Below, piece after piece: positions 28,600 to 41,631 of a DNA stretch of 64,000 nucleotides (position 1 is its first letter; each line of letters opens with the position of its first letter). The stretch covers positions 280,922,001 through 280,986,000 of the forward strand of contig OZ024742.1 in the NCBI GenBank assembly GCA_964016885.1. Direction: 5' to 3'. The notes under the pieces were generated by a model. That model did not search any database. It worked only from the letters and a program-made list of their open reading frames with translations, and had not been told where the DNA came from. The stretch is from Eledone cirrhosa (lineage: Eukaryota). The translations under genes and the position numbers were made by a program.

Positions 28600-28710
28600 A
28601 TACCAATCACAGTACTTGACTGGTACTATATTTTATCTACCCAGGAGAGATGAAAAGCAAAATTAACCTCGACAGATTTGTACTCAGCACGTAAAGAGCC
28701 TTAACCATAA
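28600..28710 (-). mobile_element. SINE fragment
   Basis: GACTGGTACTATATTTTATCTACCC...GATGAAAAGCAAAATTAACCTCG...ATTTGTACTCAG, similar to 8379-8535. Confidence 0.65.
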
Positions 28711-29989
28711 ATAGACACGGAATAATATATTGTAGAAAACTGGAAAATGGTTGATGTTATATTTATAAAAAATAAACTATTGATGACAAATTAAATGATA
28801 ACGAGAATTACATTTTTTATAACCAGGGTAAAATAACCTTGCCTTACCTGCAAGATGTGTACCTAAATATATAAGCGCATCGTGTAATATACATTTATGA
28901 GGTAACAAAGAGGCAAAATGAACGATTCATTGAATTAAAGTCCAAAGTGTAAAGCCTTCTAGTTTTTATAACTTATGTGAATTACATTTCTTGTAAGAGT
29001 CTTTAGTGTTAACACAACGATCGAAGCTGCGCGGTACTTCGCTTGTTGTATACTAAAAAGCTGTGTGATACAAAATGTAACTGTGACATGCAATGAGAAA
29101 ATGAGAGTTTTCATCTACATTACCACAGTAACATTATTAGGTTCTACCTAAAACTTCAGTACGATTATATCTTAATACATAAACTTGTCGCATCGCATAA
29201 AATAGATTTTCACAACCTTCTTCAAATTAGCGCCCATTTTTCGAGAATATATGTCATCAGTGACCCCATAAAGTTAAACATATTTTATTTTGTATTTGTT
29301 ATTTTATTTCATATTTCAATCTATATTGAATAACTAAAGGTGACAGCTTTACTAGCTACGACTAATTTGTAAACGTTGCCCATTTCGTCTAATATTTCTC
29401 CTTGCTTCCAAAAGCCTCCTACAAAGCTCATGCTTTACAATACCCCTTTTGAATTCTCTACTCATGCCAACGTTGTGGTAGCATCAACTTTGGTAATCAT
29501 TGCAGAAAATATATTTGTTAAATATTTCTGAGGCACACATAAGTGCATTTTATTTACCTGGTGTCGATTGTTCAAATTGCCAATATTTTTTAATTCTTAG
29601 CTGACTCCGGTAAATTTCTAGAGATCATTAGACGAAAATTGGGATAGTCATTAAGACCTCCATTTGAATGCCTTGGTAATTTTTCTCTGTTAGTAGCCTC
29701 TCTGTTCAAACTTTTCCGAGGACGATTTTGTTTTTTATTGTTTCGTGGTCGATGGATAGGTGGATTGGGAAAATGACAAGAATTGGATACCTGATTCAGT
29801 TGTGTAGTGGAAATATCAAAGAAATTATGTTTCCGACCATCGATACAATTCTTTTTTAGTGTTTGAACAAAACTGGTCAGTAATCACACCATGGTAGAAT
29901 ATCATTTAGCAAATGTATAACGTTCCGTGTTCTTTAAAAGAAAATATGAACGATATAAAGCTGGGACAATATATATATATATATATGTG

Positions 29990-30065
<76 letters not shown>

Positions 30066-30099
30066 AACTCTCTCCCACTCTCTCTATCTCTCTCGCTCC

Positions 30100-30161
<62 letters not shown>

Positions 30162-30206
30162 TATATATATATACGGAGAGAGATAGAGAGAGTGGGAGAG
30201 AGTTCC

Positions 30207-30784
30207 ACAACAAATTTGCAAGCCATACGCGAGGACGCGCGTTTCATCTAATGGATGTTCAACCCACGTATGGCTGCAGTGAGAAAAGAAGTGTGTATCA
30301 ACTGACTGGATTCTCACGATAGACGGCGATAGTTTGGTGACAAATGATCTCTCAAAACTGCAGGCGTGAATTTCTCCATTCAATTGAAAGCTCTAGCATA
30401 ATCCAGGTCATACGATAATGGAGCAACGTCTTGTAATCTGTGTATTGATGAAAGAGTGAATATCTTGCAGATGTTACATAATAGTACTTGCCTTAACTCC
30501 GGCCGAGTTTTTTTAACCGGTGCCCCCATGCTGGGAAGTATATGTTAAGTAACTGGAAAGACATGAGATAACTATAAATCTCACCCGGAAATAGCTAATT
30601 CAAACGAAAATTGTCTCACCTGCATCAGACTAATTTGAGTTGTCTTTCTTGTCACCAAACTATCGCCGTCTATCGTGCAGAATCCGGTCAGCTCATATAC
30701 ACTTCCGTTTTCAGTGCAGCCATACATGGGTTGAAAATCCGTTAGGTGAAACGCGCGTCCTCGAGCATGGCTTGCTAATTTGTT
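30207..30784 (+). mobile_element. Miniature Penelope-like remnant: GIY-YIG C-terminus between ~175-bp inverted arms with hammerhead-like motifs
   Basis: Arms ~30207-30385 / ~30600-30784; core encodes SYDNGATSCNLCIDERVNIL...LNS..(fs)CPHAGKYML, homologous to the end of the 35088-36008 ORF. Confidence 0.8.
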
Positions 30785-31046
30785 ACTGAAGATACATTTC
30801 TTTAAGAATCCTGTAGAGTTGAACCAACGAAGAAATTGGTCAGAAGACACTTCTCTTATGCTGTATTGGCAATAATGCATAACAATATTTTTCCTTTACT
30901 TTTTCTATGAATATTTATCAAAGATGTCTCCGAGACAATATTTGCATTTACAATAATTCATAATATTTGATGATGAATTGCAGAATTATGCCACAAGAAT
31001 GAAGTCGTGTATCTTTGTTACATATAAAAACATATATTATATATAA

Positions 31047-31130
31047 GGTTGCAAACATGATTGAGTGGTTGAGAAGTTCGCTTTGCAATCATGAGGTTGT
31101 GAATTCGATCCCACTGCGTGGCATCAATTT
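31047..31130 (+). mobile_element. tRNA-derived SINE head, decayed
   Basis: TGATTGAGTGGTTGAG A-box-like and AATTCGATCCCACTGCGTGGCA B-box-like sequence. Confidence 0.5.
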
Positions 31131-32750
31131 CATCTGGGAAATATGAAAGTTCATCGCCGAATAGTCCAGTCTCGTCACATATAGTGTCACGCTGATTATT
31201 CATAAGAATCATGTTAAGGGCACACTGTTCTATGGTATATTTAACTCCCTGCACGTTCATTTATGAGTTGTAAGTTCACTCGATCGAACAACTGAATGAC
31301 CATTATCTAAATCATTAGATACATGAGCAAAATTGGATAGTAGAAAACTGTTTGAAAGTCCGTTTCGTTTAGCTGTAACATGCTGAATTGCTATGAGAAC
31401 TCTGCTAATGTTAGACATCTCTGCAGAATGCTCAATCAATTACACGTTAATTATATAAGTGGTATGTTCTGTGGATCACATAGCTGTAACAATCGTCGAA
31501 ACCGATAGAGGTCCATTCCATTCTATTTCGTATGCATAGAATCAAACTAAAAATGACACACTATCTAACAACGATAATTTGATTCTAAATTACCGAGGAA
31601 ATAAATCGTGAATGTCAGATGAAATTATTTGCTTGCCTTTTTACGAAAACAGTTATTCATAAAATAATCGAGACAATTCAAAATAGCAGATGTGCATTGT
31701 GTAAGACTATCGGATTATATCCGACCAAGGATTGGAAGAAACTGTGAAACGAAGGTCAAGATAAATGACGTTATTTTTCTATTTCGCGCTACTTACGGTG
31801 TTGAAATACCTTCCATGTTAACTGAAATTCCAACATTTGTGAATTGCTAAAATCTATATAATAATGAAATTGTAGCCAACATTACCACCACTCTACAAAG
31901 AGTTAGTAGCTATCTTTGTCATAATATTTTGCAGCTTTAAAAATGATTTTATCTATTTCCAATTCATTTTCATAAATTCCTTCTTTTTTAGTTTTAAACA
32001 TTTTAAATATTTAAACAATTTAGATATTTGTCGAAGAATGAAGTGCATCCAAGTTTTATTTATATTGTGGTTTATATTCCAAGAAGTCAATAAAAAATAT
32101 ATTTAGAAATTATGGAAAATCTTAAAATATTTATATAAATGAATTTATCTTCACACAAGAAATAAATTACGAGACACAATGTTTTAAGTAGAATACGTCA
32201 CGTCATATAGATATGTATTGTAAAATATATTTGTGTAATATATATGTATAACATTTTATACAAGCAAAATGCGTTTCCTTTACATGGACTCACTCGGTCA
32301 AATTTTATTAATATTTACATCTTTCAATCCATTTCTAAATCTGCCCTCTCCAAGCCAATGATGTTGTAGAAGGGAATAGGGAATCGGGGCAATGTGAAAC
32401 GAAGTGGTTTGCCCTAACATACAACCAAGAGTTTAGGAATCGAAACTACGATATTATAATTGTCAGCCCAACTGCCTAGCCACTAAGCCAAACACATTCA
32501 CTGCCTATATCTATATGGGGATTATATTACGGAAAAAGTTCGTGAAATAAAGATCGTCCGTGATAATCATGAGTAAGTTACATTCCTTCTCTTTTATTCT
32601 ATCAATTATACAAAAACTGAGACATAAATTCATAGACAGATTAAGTATGATTAAGTGACGAGTACTTTGTATATTTGCTACGTATAAAAAAAAAACGTAT
32701 TTGCTTTATATGTGCTTATTATGACGTTAAAGTTAGACGCAAGATTGGTA

Positions 32751-32822
32751 TCCTTGATCGTCTAGTGGTTAGGACCATCCGCTGTGGCCGTGGTAACCCA
32801 GGTTCAAATCATGGTCACGGCA
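32751..32822 (+). pseudogene. tRNA-His(GTG) pseudogene
   Basis: 72 nt TCCTTGATCGTCTAGTGGTTAGGAC...CTGTGGC...CCAGGTTCAAATCATGGTCACGGCA, close to animal tRNA-His; mismatches in acceptor, anticodon and T stems; TTTTT ~17 nt downstream. Confidence 0.85.
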
Positions 32823-33787
32823 TCAGTAACTCCATCTTCTTTTTATATATGCATGAGCAATACAGTTTTCTTTTCACAGAGATTGTATTTCAAAATTCAG
32901 TCTCGATATATTACATCTGAAGTTGAATTACAATATAAACTTGTATAGATCTGGTTAGTATTTAATTGTTGTCTACTGAATTTATATTATCGCGGTATAG
33001 TGTCTGCCGGTAATATATGTCTCGAATGCAAATTGTCGGTGCAGCTAAATATTACTATACATTAAATCTAACAATCAAGTTAACTAGAATAATATTAACT
33101 TCTACTGTGCAGATGAATCCTGCAACATGTTGTTAACCTAATTGGCTTACTAGCTGAATATATATGCTATGTTCCAACTGGAATATTTATACAGAGATAA
33201 GTGTATTTAAATATATATATGTGTGTGTGTGTGAGAGAGAGAGCGTGTGTATGCACATACACAGACGCATGCATAAACATACATACACACACAAACACAG
33301 GTATATATATATGTATATATATGTATATATATATATATATATATGTATATACAGGGAAATACTGACTTACTTTGAAAAAGTACACGGGAAAATTGTTTAG
33401 ATTAAATAAGTTATATATCGATATACAATGATAGAATTAAGTTGTTCTGTGGTGTTTATGTTTCAGTCGTGTAAACGTAATCTTGCTGTAGCACAGGGAT
33501 TAAGTCGATCACATAGACAAGAGTACTATTTCTGGCAGTTGATCCCAATTTAGAAGAGGGACGAAATGCACCGCACAGTTTTACACGTGTATATCTTAAT
33601 GGAGACGCGCACACGAACAGATATATAGTATATAAACTATATTATATATACATATATATATGTAGGAGGTGAGTTTTATTGTAGTACAATAAAGCAATGC
33701 AGATATCGGATAAGAAGCACTCTACAGTTTGTAGGACTGGAGTATACATAATATATAAGATCAAAAGATGGTTAAAAGAGTTCCATG

Positions 33788-33858
33788 TATTTTATTATGC
33801 GCATTTCAAAAACAAATATCATTATGCAATAACATTTGTGTTTTCATCAGATAAAATA
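33788..33858 (-). ncRNA. Type I hammerhead ribozyme, intact core
   Basis: TATTTTAT-CTGATGA-[16-bp stem II, GCAT loop]-GAAA-TGCGCA-TA-ATAAAATA. Confidence 0.85.
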
Positions 33859-34600
33859 GGAAGACATGATATGAAGGTTAAAAAACACTTGTGAATAGTG
33901 CAGTTTTAAATCAACATATGAATAGTAGTTTTAGATTGATGTGTGATATTGGGAAACAAATTTTTTGAGGGGGTGGAGGGAGGTTGGAAAGGATGAAAAA
34001 GAGGAGGAGATGAGAGTAAAAAGTGGAGGGGTAGGAGTATAATGAGGAAGGATGAGATAGGAGGAGAGATGGGTGATAGAGAGAGAGAGATAGCTTTTAT
34101 AACTGAGAAAAATATATTGTTTTACATAGAGAGGTTGAAAAACCGTTGGAAGATAATATATAAATTAAAAGAATTTGAAAATTAACGAAGAGAAAAATAA
34201 TGTTAAGTTAAGGTTTGTATATTGAAGGGTTTAATAATATGCGCAATGAAAAGAAATTGTTAATATGTATTAAGAATAATATTTAAGGGTTTAATAGTAT
34301 ATGCGATGGAAAAAAAATGTTGATATGTATTATTAAAAAAAGGCAATAGTAATGTAAGTAAGGATATATTGTGAAAGAAGTAGAAGATAGGATGAATAAG
34401 TTAGATGAGCATGAAAGGGAGAAAAAATATTGAATTAAGGATGAATAATCTAACGTCAAAAAAAACTATTTATGTTTACGAAGGATTTTTTCAAGGTGAT
34501 ATAAAGTAAGAATATATTGTACTGTGTAATAATTGTTTCTATGTTAGGCACAATGAGAAAAGGTACAGATTAGGGGTTAGAAATTAAAAGAAAAAAAACA

Positions 34601-36008
34601 GATTTAATTGGTATCTTTATTTTGAACTCATTCAGTCGGAAAATTCCTCAACTTCACGGTGGAATTTATCGTGACGATGGACTCTTTACTATCATAAATT
34701 GCAACATAGTTAACCTTAATATTATTAAGAACAATATACGTAATCTCTTTAACCAACATAACTTAAAAATTGAAGTTGATAACAGCATCAAACTAGCTAA
34801 TTTCTTGGATGTATCTCTTAATCTTGACACTGGCCTATATTACCCTTACCATAAAAACAATGAGAACCTAAATTATGTTAATTTTAAATCTAACCACCTC
34901 ACTAATATTAAGAATGCTATAGTTAGTAATATTGGAAAAAGAATATCTAACCTATCTTCTAATAAAAACATATTTGATGCTAATGCCAATTACTATAATA
35001 ACGCGCTTTCTAAAGCCGGCTATCCTGATAAAATCAAATATAGTAAAGAAACAAATTCTAGAAGATCTTACAGTAGAATGATTAATCATGATCATTCCAA
35101 TAACTTTAATAAAAGACCTAGATACAAAAAACATAATCTGGTATAATGCTCCTTTCTCCATCTCTATTAATAATAATATTCCTAAATTATTCTTTAGTCC
35201 CTTAAATAAATGCTTCCCTCCCTCACATATCTATAGTAAAATATTTAACAAACACACTATAACATTTTCCTATTCGACCTCCTCCAACATTTCCAACATT
35301 ATCTCTAAACACAACAATAAAATACTAAATACTAAATCTCTTCCTTCCAACACTGAATATCATAATAATAGTAATAGCACTCCCGGTGTCATTGTAAACT
35401 CTAGGCTAATTTCTGCAAAACCAAATACAACGTCAAACACAACTTCGCTAAATGTACTTAATCCCATTCTAAATCAAGAAACTATTATTCCTATCGTAAA
35501 TAACTTCTCCAATCCAATTGCTTCTATAGATAACACTAGGTCACTCGTTAATAACTCTGCTAATCTCTCTAATCGCAATTGCAATTGCCCTGTTAAAAAT
35601 AAATGTCCGCTCAACAACCATTGTCTTGAAAAAAACTTAATTTACGAATGTAATGTTATAACTGACACCAATTCCTTCACCTATTTTGGCTCCACTTCCA
35701 CCTCCTTTAAAGCTCGTCTTTATAATCATCATTCGTCTTTTAAATACCAACTTAAAAGAACCAACACGGCACTCTCAGAACTCATATGGTCCTTGAAAGA
35801 CAAAAATATTAAATATAACATCTCTTGGAAAAAGGTTTCTTCTGCTTCCACATACTTGAGGAGTTCTCTATCGAAGACTTGCAATCTCTGTTTAAATGAA
35901 AAATGTACCATTATATCTAATTTAGATTCTATAATAAATAGACGAACTGACTTGGTTTCTCTCTGCTTGCATAAATTCCACAGAACATTCCATAAAGTAT
36001 ACAGCTAA
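34601..36008 (+). pseudogene. Penelope-like RT (C-terminal half) + GIY-YIG; one frameshift near 35130
   Basis: DLIGIFIL...GIYRDDGL, NFLDVSLNL, IIWYNAPFS, CNCPVKNKCPL..CL, NLIYEC...YFGST..FKARLYNH, CNLCLNEK. Confidence 0.92.
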
Positions 36009-36912
36009 TATCTAATACTTTATCAATTTAAAATCCTTTTCTCAAAGGCACATATATATATATATATACTTCTTTAAAAATATACCCATCTTTCTACCTT
36101 ATTTCAAAGTTATTTATTATACATTATATAATACTAGTTACTCATTCTATATCACTCCTATTTATCACTTCCCTTTCTTCCTTTTCCTTTTCTTTTCTTT
36201 TTCTTTTAATTTCTAACCCCTGATCTGTACCTTTTCTCATTGTCCCTAACATAGAAACAATTATTACACAGTACAATATATTCTTACTTTATAACACCTT
36301 ACTTTATATCACTTTTTTTTGACGTTAGATTATTCATCCTCAATTCATTATTTTTTTCTCTCTTACATGCTCATCTAACTTATTCATCCTACCTTCTACT
36401 TCTTTCACAATATATCCTTACTTACATTACTATTGCCTTTTTTTAATAATACATATCAACATTTTCTTTCCATCGCACATATTATTAAACCCTTAAATAT
36501 TATTCTTAATACATATTAACAATTTCTTTTCATCGCACATATTATTAAACCCTTCAATATACAAACCTTAACTTAACATTATTTTTCTCTTCGTTAATTT
36601 TCAAATTCTTTTAATTTATATATTATCTTCCAACGGTTTTTCAACCTCTCTATGTAAAACAATATATTTTTCTCAGTTATAAAAGCTATCTCTCTCTATC
36701 ACCCATCTCTCCTCCTATATCATCCTTCCTCATTATACTCCTACCCCTTCACTTTTTACTCTCATCTCCTCCTCCTTTTCATCCTTTCCACCCCCCCCCC
36801 TCTCAAAAAAATTGTTTCCCAATATCACACGTCAATCTAAAACTACTATTCATATGTTGATATAAAACTGCACTATTCACAAGTGATTTTTAACCTTCAT
36901 ATCATGTCTTCC

Positions 36913-36983
36913 TATTTTATCCGATGAAAACACAAATGTTATTGCATGATGAAATTTGCTTTAGAAATGCGCATAATAGAATA
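36913..36983 (+). ncRNA. Hammerhead copy in the right arm with mutated core (CCGATGA)
   Basis: Mirror of 33788-33858 with U4>C and stem II mismatches. Confidence 0.7.
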
Positions 36984-37014
36984 TATGGAACTCTTTTAAC
37001 CATCTTTTGATCTT

Positions 37015-37131
<117 letters not shown>

Positions 37132-37299
37132 TCATATATATGCTCATATGTAGGTTCATATATATGTTCAGTCTGTCATTACCACAGCAGAATACCGACA
37201 AGCTTTTAATTCCAGAGTAGGGCCAGATCAATGCAGATCGAGATTTGAGCGGATCAATAGCGAAACGCGCGTCAAATCATCCTTGTATTATTATTATTG

Positions 37300-37404
37300 T
37301 TCTTTTTAAGCTTTCCTCTTCTCAACCAGTTCTATGTCTGTGGAACTCTAAATTCAGTTTTCTCAAAGAAGGTACTATGAAGGGATTTTTCATGAAGGTT
37401 ACGC
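37300..37404 (-). mobile_element. ~100-bp internal fragment of Dong-like family A
   Basis: Encodes [22 protein letters not shown], matching A1 at ~42385-42475. Confidence 0.85.
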
Positions 37405-37439
37405 TTATTATAATTATTAATATTATTATTATTATTAGT

Positions 37440-40400
37440 ATTACATTTGCATTTATCTTGCTTTATGTTCATACGAGTTATCACCAAGTCACAACCTGTG
37501 ACCTCAAGAGACAACAAGGTCCGCCATGTTCAAGGAAGAACATACATACTCACACATGCATCTTTAGTGTTTAGACTTGTGATGTACTTATATTGACATA
37601 ATGTTCCTTAGTATATGGGCAGTTCCCATTAGCACTATCTTTTGTATTTCTCCTATACGCTTGGTAATTTTTTGTTGGCAGACACTGATCTTGTGCTGAT
37701 ATAATCAGTCCTTCAGTCTCCGATTTCAGTCCAGGGGATGCCAACCACTGATGGGTTAAAATCTTGTCAACATCAGGATTGTTAGCTCGCTCTGGGTATT
37801 TCCATACAGAGGCTATTCTTGCAATTTCTTAGCCAGTTTCTGTAGCAGTTCTTTCTTTGCAGTTACTTTTACCTGCTTTGCTTTTTCTGTGTTTTCCATT
37901 TCAGCAGTAAATGGGACTTCTGAAATTTGTAGTCCATTACTGTATCTTTGTGCATCTTTTGTAATGGAATATGATCTTTTGATGCTTTCGTGTTTCAAAA
38001 CGAGTTTGATCATCCAATCATGTGATTCCCTTAGATATGTAGATAATCCAATTGTTGCAGTTTTCAACGCAATGTCTAACTGGATTAACCCACATCCTCC
38101 TTCTTTCCTAGGGAGATATATTCTATCTATATCTGCCTTAGGGTGATGCATTCTGTGCATGGTTAAGAATTTTCGAATTTTTGTATCGAGCCTACGGATC
38201 TCTGTGCTTGACCAGTTGATGACATTGTAACTGTAGGTTACTACTGGTATGGCAAGCGTGTTTATGGCATCGATCCTATACCTTGCATTCAATTCCGTTC
38301 TTAAGATTGCTCTTACTCTGTGGTAACTTTCCTTCCTTATCCTTTCCCTCATTGTCAAGTGCTTGATTCCGTCTCCTTCACAAACACCTAGATATTTGTA
38401 AGTTTTTTCTTGATCAAGTTCTCTTATCACGTTCCCCCGATCAAGATTAATGTCTGAACTCTTCAGCAGCTTTCCTCTGGTGAACGTTGCTTTGGCGCAT
38501 TTATCTAGTCCAAACTCCATTTTAATGTCATCACTGAACTGCTCCACAGTGGATAATAGCCCTTGCAATTGTTCATCATTTTTTGCAAATAGTTTCAGGT
38601 CATCCATGTAGAACAGGTGATTAATGGTTTTGTCATAGACTTTATATCCATGTTTTGTTTCATTGAGCATTTTACTTAATGGTATAAGTGCGATGCAGAA
38701 TAAAAGCGGTGATAAAGAGTCACCCTGAAAAATTCCACAATTAATATTAACTTCTCCAGCTTCCAGTGATTTTGTTTCACTATTCAAAAGGAGTGTCGTT
38801 TTCCATGTCTTCATACTGAATGACAAAAACCTCCTCACAACGGGGGATATTTTGAAAATCTCTAAACATTTTTCAATCCAACTGTGTGGCAAACTATAGA
38901 ATGCTTTTTTATAATCTATTCAGGCAATCGATAGATTTTTGTGTCTATTATGACAATCTTCCAGTATCATTTTGTTAACCAGAAACTGATCCTTACAGCC
39001 ATATGAGCCTCGTTTACACCCTTTCTGCTCAATGGGAATTAGGTCATTTGTTATCAGGTGGTCATATGTGTATTCAGTTAGGACTGATGTTAAAATTTTA
39101 TACATTGTGGTCAAGCAAGTTATCGGTCTGTATTTTGGGGATTGTTTGTCTCATCATTCTTCGGAAGCAGGAATGTAATGCCGTTAACTAGCCATGATGG
39201 TATCTTTTCTGGCTCCTTAACTATTTCATTGTAAATTTGGGCTAACAGCTCATGAGACTCTGTGAAGACATTTATCCAAAAGTTTTGTATTTTGTCTTTT
39301 CCTGGGGATTTCCATTTGCTGGTTTTTCTTACAGCCAAGCGCAACTGTTCAACTGTTATATTTTCCCATATTTGTTCCTCAAGGTGAGCTGTATCTTTCA
39401 TTTGTCTGTCTATCCATGGGGCATGTATGTTATGAACTTTTTCTTCGGCCAAGATCTTTTCCCAGAATTCTTGCACTTCCTCCTTGGGTGGTATTGATTT
39501 AGCAGTTATTGTTGACTTACCAATTTTTCTGTAGTAGTTTCTTTGGTTGTTTTTGATCATATTAGTGTCCTTATAGAATCTAGATCGTTTTTCAAAGCGC
39601 CTTATACGAGCAGCTTTGGCCGACACTTTTTGCTTGATTATTTCTATCAGCATGTCTATGTCACATGTTGATTTTATACTGTACTTTTTTTTCAATTTTC
39701 TAAGTTTAGTTTGTTTAACATGTTTGTTAAAATTTCTGTCAGATCGGAGAAGGTTTATTTAGCGATTGATGTTCTCTTCCCAAGTAGATTTCTTGTGGGA
39801 ATTCCTTTGTTTTTTCATCTTCACTCCACATAAGTGAGTGGTGACTTTAGCCGATGCATAATAGAGATGATTTAAATCAGTAATGTTTAGTTTGTTTGTG
39901 ATGATAATGTTTTTGAGAATTATGTTAGTCATGTGTATTATCTTTTGGTTCAGTTTGGAGTTCTGGATCTTAGGGAGGGTGTCTCGTTGCCCCATGTCAG
40001 ATTCTTTCATTTTCATCCATTCGATCATAATTTCATCCTTCAAGTTGGCAAGTTCATTCTCATTCATTTCTTTATCATTTACGATCTCATTATTTTCATT
40101 TTGAGTTTCATCCTGTGCATGCACTCCCTCCACTTTTTCGATCCTTTCTTTAATTTGTTCTGTTGCCAGTGATTCCGCCCCAACCCTGGGGTTCGAAGTG
40201 TTACAGTTTACCTCGTTTTCACTGACACATGTTTTATTTTCTCTTCGCTGACTTTGTGCTAATAGCTTGATCTGATCAATTTCTATATCAGTTAGTAACT
40301 TTTTTCTTACAATATTTCTTCGTATATTGGCTAGTTTGTTGCTGTCAATATAGCCTCTGTTTTCGGGATGTTTCTTTTTCCAGTTGATATATGTCTGTTC

Positions 40401-40860
40401 TGTATTCGATGTATTTGATGGGTAGTACATGGCAGTGTAGAAAGCCTCAAGGACTTCTTTATTATCTTCCCTTGACCATTTTTCTCTCCTTTTCTTTGGA
40501 TTCCTTGGTGGTGAGCATGGAGGGCCAACAGTAGGAGTATTCCGGTTATGGGAGGTCTCCAGCTCCGAAGTGATTGGAAGGTTTGAACCATTAGCTGATT
40601 TTTCGTCCCCAGTCTGGTTCCTCTCTGAGGGACACGGCCCTTTTTTACCCGGGTGACGGCCGATCCGGTATGAGATTTTATCATTAGACATTTACTTTAT
40701 TTTGTCGCGTTTTATCCTTATCCGCCAAGGGGTAATCATTTCGTGTTACCACTTCTAGAACGAGTGTCAACCAAGACTAGAGGGGTCGTTCTGCCCTAGA
40801 GACACGGCTATTCCCCGCCGGCCGCCATCCCGGTATTTCTTGGTCACGGGGTTTTCTTAT
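37440..40860 (-). mobile_element. R4/Dong-like family B copy 1: near full length, decayed, RLE region deleted
   Basis: N-terminal [56 protein letters not shown]; start codon at 40691, stop at 37588; ~530 bp missing relative to copy 2 (54511-55038). Confidence 0.9.
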
Positions 40861-41631
40861 TGTTTTTTTTTTTAAATTGTTATTATCATGAGTGGTTCCT
40901 TAATGTGAGCATTCCGTGGCTTAAGAATGAAATTATTAATAATTGTCTCCACTCCAGGCACAAGGCCAGCAATCACCCAGCGCATTACAATAATATAATA
41001 TACTTTTTGCTGTAGTTGCTTGTTATTGTTGTTGGCTATGTCGGTGGTGGTGTTGGGGATTTTTATATTGTTGGTGAGGAAGGGGTGAGCTAGCAGTGCC
41101 ATAGTTGTTGATGTTGACGTTTGGCCGGTTGCCAGGTCACTAAGTCAATCTATTTATATCTTTTGCTAGTTTCTCCCTTGTCTAGTGATACCGCCACCTT
41201 CCCCTTTCTCTCTCAAGTTAACAGGGGAATAGTGGTGGTAGCAATGAAGGAGTGGTGGCGGCGGTTATGGGATAGTGGTAGCAATGATGGATGGGTGGGG
41301 TGGTGGCGGCGGTGGCTTTGACGTTAATGAGTTTTGTGATATGTAGTATATATGAGTGTGTGTCGCGTATGTTTAATATATATTGTGTTGACATATTCCC
41401 GTAAAATTGGGATCAAACATTTAAAAAAATAAAAACTTGAGACAATAATAATAGTAATTATTATTATGATGCTGGGATTGGTGGTGGTGGTGGTGGTGAA
41501 ATTGCCGTTATCTGGCTGTTATATTTAGTTTGATGGGGTAGGTGGTGTATCAAGTTTCTGGTGTTGGTGAAATTGCTGTTATTTGGCTGTTCTATATTAT
41601 TATTATTATTATTATTATTGTTATTGTTATT

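Noticed and set aside
32751-32822. Functional tRNA-His gene
   Set aside because: Mismatches in three stems; called a pseudogene instead
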